From an uncultured delta proteobacterium (GTDB lineage Bacteria; Myxococcota_A; UBA9160; SMWR01): a stretch of DNA of 64,000 bases. Each line of letters begins with the position of its first letter. Within the stretch, counting starts at the first letter, position 1. Below are positions 61,367 to 64,000 of the stretch, piece by piece. The translations under genes and the position numbers were made by a program. The notes beneath the pieces are model-generated. The model made no database searches. It saw only the letters and a program-made list of their open reading frames with translations, and was not told the origin of the DNA. The stretch lies in the NCBI GenBank assembly GCA_963832165.1, contig CAWHTE010000004.1, positions 544,001 through 608,000 of the forward strand, read 5' to 3'.

Positions 61367-62128
61367 ATGATCCGAAGACTCGAAGGCAAGGTGGCGGTGG
61401 TCACGGGCGGGGGGTCCGGGATCGGCGCGGCGACCGCGGAGCGGCTCGCGCAGGAGGGCTGTCGCGTGGTGATCGGCGACATCGCGGCGGCGAGCGCCGA
61501 CGCGGCGGCGCAGCGGATCGTCGCGGCCGGCGGCGAGGCGATCGGCGTCGCGTTCGATCAGGGCGACGACGCGGCGGTGGCGGCGCTGATCGCGACGGCG
61601 GTGAGCCGCTTCGGTCAGCTCGACTTTCTGCACGCGAACGCGGCCGACATGTCCGTGATCCTCGAGGACACCGATGTGCTGTCGGTGCCGCTCGCGATCT
61701 ACGACCGCACGATGGCGGTCAATCAGCGCGGCTATCTGCTCTGCACGCGCCACGCGTTGCCCCACATCGCCGCGGCGAGAGGCGCGATCGTCTACACGAG
61801 CTCGGCGGCGGCGTTCGCAGGCGAGCCGATGCGCGTGAGCTATGCGATGTCGAAGGCCGCCGTGAACGCGCTGATGCGACACGTCGCGTCGCGCTGGGGA
61901 AAGCAGGGCGTGCGCGCCAACTCGATCGCGCCCGGCTTCGTCTACACCGAACAGAATCGCAAGTCGCTGCCGCCCGAGTTCGAGAAGGGGATGCTCCGGG
62001 GACTGCGCAGCCCCCGGATCGGGGAGGCGCGCGACGTCGCGGCGATGGTTGCGATGCTGTTCTCCGCGGATGGCGAGTGGATCAACGGCCAGGTGCTCAA
62101 CGTCGACGGCGGGTCGATCCTGCGCTGA
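61367..62128 (+). CDS. SDR family oxidoreductase
   Basis: TGGGSGIG, YAMSK, NVDGG. Confidence 0.92.
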   Translation: MIRRLEGKVAVVTGGGSGIGAATAERLAQEGCRVVIGDIAAASADAAAQRIVAAGGEAIGVAFDQGDDAAVAALIATAVSRFGQLDFLHANAADMSVILEDTDVLSVPLAIYDRTMAVNQRGYLLCTRHALPHIAAARGAIVYTSSAAAFAGEPMRVSYAMSKAAVNALMRHVASRWGKQGVRANSIAPGFVYTEQNRKSLPPEFEKGMLRGLRSPRIGEARDVAAMVAMLFSADGEWINGQVLNVDGGSILR

Positions 62129-62277
62129 AGCGGCGACGCGCAGGGAACGGGCACTTCCCGAGATGGGAGACGGAGTTCCACCTCGGCGCCGAGCCGATTC
62201 GGACGCGAATCGAAGACCTTCCGCGAAACCCGAGTGTTTGCGGTGGATTGCGTCGGAGATTGCACTCGCTCGACCGG

Positions 62278-62292
62278 TGGCATCGATCTTGC
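62278..62292 (+). promoter_or_regulatory. Putative sigma54 -24/-12 promoter
   Basis: TGGCAT-CGATC-TTGC matches TGGCAC-N5-TTGC with exact spacing. Confidence 0.65.
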
Positions 62293-62305
62293 GAATCCGG
62301 CGCGC

Positions 62306-62653
62306 ATGGCCGGCAAACCGCATACCCAGACCCCCGCGCCCGCGGACGAGCTGCGCCGCGAGCTCGAGCGGCTCGGGCTGCCGCCGTCCGACGCCGGCCC
62401 GCTCGCGGAGCGCCTGACCGGGCTCTCGCGCAACCTGCCCGAGCGCGAGTACCGCGCGCTGCTCGAGGGCGTGGTGCTGGGTCAGCGCGCCGGGCGCGAG
62501 CCCGCCCGCTCGCCCGAGCTCCAGCGCATGCTCGAAGACTTCGCCTGCGAGCTTCAGAAACTACATGAGGGTTTGCGGCTGATCTCGGCGTTCCTGTCGC
62601 GGCTGCGCGAGCAGACACAGCCCGCGCTGGAACCCGCGCGGACTCTGCACTAG
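62306..62653 (+). CDS. Small helical hypothetical protein
   Basis: 115 codons with GC3-biased usage, helical/coiled-coil pattern, ends RTLH. Confidence 0.7.
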   Translation: MAGKPHTQTPAPADELRRELERLGLPPSDAGPLAERLTGLSRNLPEREYRALLEGVVLGQRAGREPARSPELQRMLEDFACELQKLHEGLRLISAFLSRLREQTQPALEPARTLH

Positions 62654-62716
62654 ACACGCAGTTCGCCCCCACCGGTCCCGTGAGGTGGCGTCCTGGCGGG
62701 CTGGCTCGTCGCGGGC

Positions 62717-64000
62717 ATGGCGCTCGGGATCGCGATTGCGGACCGCTGCGACGTGGCGCCGGGCTGGGCGGCACTGCCCGCGCTCGCGGGACTGCTGCTC
62801 GCGCTGTGGCGCCGCTCGCGCGTCCACGCCGCGGTGCTCGTGTGCGCCGGGGTCGGATTGCACGCTCAAGCCGCGCTACTCGCGCAGGCGCGCGCGGCGG
62901 CTGCGGGAGAGCCGCGCGAAGTGCTCGTGGAGGGTGTCGTCTCGCGTCGCGCGTCGGCGCTCGCACCGCGCTGGATCGAGCTCGACTCCGTGCGCGGCGC
63001 TGGCATCGCGCGCGTGCGCGTGTTCTCGACGCAGCCCGGGGATCTCGAGCCGTGGTTGCCCGGAGATCCGCTGCGCGCGCGGCTGCGGATCGCGCCGCTG
63101 CGCTGGCCGCGCAACCCGGGCGACGGCGATCCGCTGCGCCGGCTCTGGCGCGCGGGGCTCGCCGTGGGCGGCGCGCTCCCGCATCCCTCGCTCGCGGCTG
63201 CGCGGGCGCCCGCGAGCGGACCGCGCGCATCGCTGCATCGGCTGCGCGCGCACATCGCCGCGCGGCTCGCGTCGGGCGGCGAGGGAGCGGGACTCTTGCG
63301 CGGTCTCGCGCTCGGCGATGCCGACGCGCTCGCACCCGAAGAACGCGACGTATTCCACCGGCTCGGTCTCGAGCACGCGCTCTCGGTGTCGGGTCTCCAT
63401 CTCACCTGGGTCAGCGCCGCGCTCTACGCGTTCGGGCGCGCGGCACTGCGGCGCTCTGCGTGGCTCGCGGCGCGCTTCGATACGCGTCGGCTCGCGCTGA
63501 TCCCCGCGTGTGCGGGCGCACTGGCGTACGCCGCGCTCGCGGGCTGGGGCGTACCGGTGCGGCGGTCGCTGCTCGTGGTGCTCGCGGCGGGCTTCGCGTC
63601 GCTGCGCGGGCGCCCAGGGATCGCGGGTGCGGCGCTCGCGGCCGCCGCGCTCTGGGTGCTCGCCGAGGAGCCCGACGCGCTGTTCCAGCCCGGGGCACAG
63701 CTCTCGTTCGCGGCGGTCGCGGCGTTCGTGTGGATGATGGGCCGGCCCGCGGCACGCGAAGCGCGCATGACGGCGGCGCTGCGCACGAGCGCGACCGCGA
63801 TCGCGGCGACCGCGCCGATCGTCGCGTGGCACGGCGGCGGCGTGTCGGGCGCTGCTCTCGCGGCGAACTGGCTCGCGCTGCCGTGGCTCGGCTTTGCGGT
63901 GCTGCCCGCAGCGCTCGTCGCCGCGATCACCGCGGGCGCCGATCTGCCGGGCGCGCCCGGCGTGATCACGGCTGCGAGCGCGCTCGCGGCATTCACGGTC
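62717..64000 (+). CDS. comEC: ComEC/Rec2 competence protein (partial, runs off window; start approximate)
   Basis: Manual translation: RNPG, GLALGD, GLEHALSVSGLH, PGAQLSFAAV, ANWLALP. Confidence 0.88.
   Translation, partial: MALGIAIADRCDVAPGWAALPALAGLLLALWRRSRVHAAVLVCAGVGLHAQAALLAQARAAAAGEPREVLVEGVVSRRASALAPRWIELDSVRGAGIARVRVFSTQPGDLEPWLPGDPLRARLRIAPLRWPRNPGDGDPLRRLWRAGLAVGGALPHPSLAAARAPASGPRASLHRLRAHIAARLASGGEGAGLLRGLALGDADALAPEERDVFHRLGLEHALSVSGLHLTWVSAALYAFGRAALRRSAWLAARFDTRRLALIPACAGALAYAALAGWGVPVRRSLLVVLAAGFASLRGRPGIAGAALAAAALWVLAEEPDALFQPGAQLSFAAVAAFVWMMGRPAAREARMTAALRTSATAIAATAPIVAWHGGGVSGAALAANWLALPWLGFAVLPAALVAAITAGADLPGAPGVITAASALAAFTV

Overview
GC-rich (about 70% by eye), gene-dense bacterial chromosome segment. 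Delta-type synteny (lptCAB-rpoN-ptsN-hprK-rapZ-EIIA-HPr-metK; SpoIID-yajC-secDF; ispDF-uvrB-uvrC), several PEP-CTERM-type proteins and many SDR/LLM/hydrolase genes suggest a Myxococcota-like organism (inference). The left half (1-39 kb) is accessory metabolism, envelope and signalling; the right half is mostly core housekeeping, ending in a partial comEC. I saw no CRISPR array, rRNA, tRNA, prophage or transposase. Main leads: (1) two related families of small hairpin repeats, a GTAG REP family and a CTAG/GAA-triloop family with compensatory changes, which supply stop codons and have one copy in frame inside an AraC gene; (2) an H-type pseudoknot with a competing hairpin in front of the metK RBS, a possible unclassified SAM-responsive RNA; (3) a bacterial homologue of human UPF0462/C4orf33 near a NahK-like kinase plus GH3 sugar-salvage cluster; (4) widespread leaderless-type TANNNT-N5-7-start promoters; (5) a sigma54-type promoter in front of a small unknown gene next to comEC. 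Four apparent +1 frameshifts and one in-frame TAG cluster in 22-27.6 kb and are probably sequencing errors. All calls come from reading the sequence; no searches were run.
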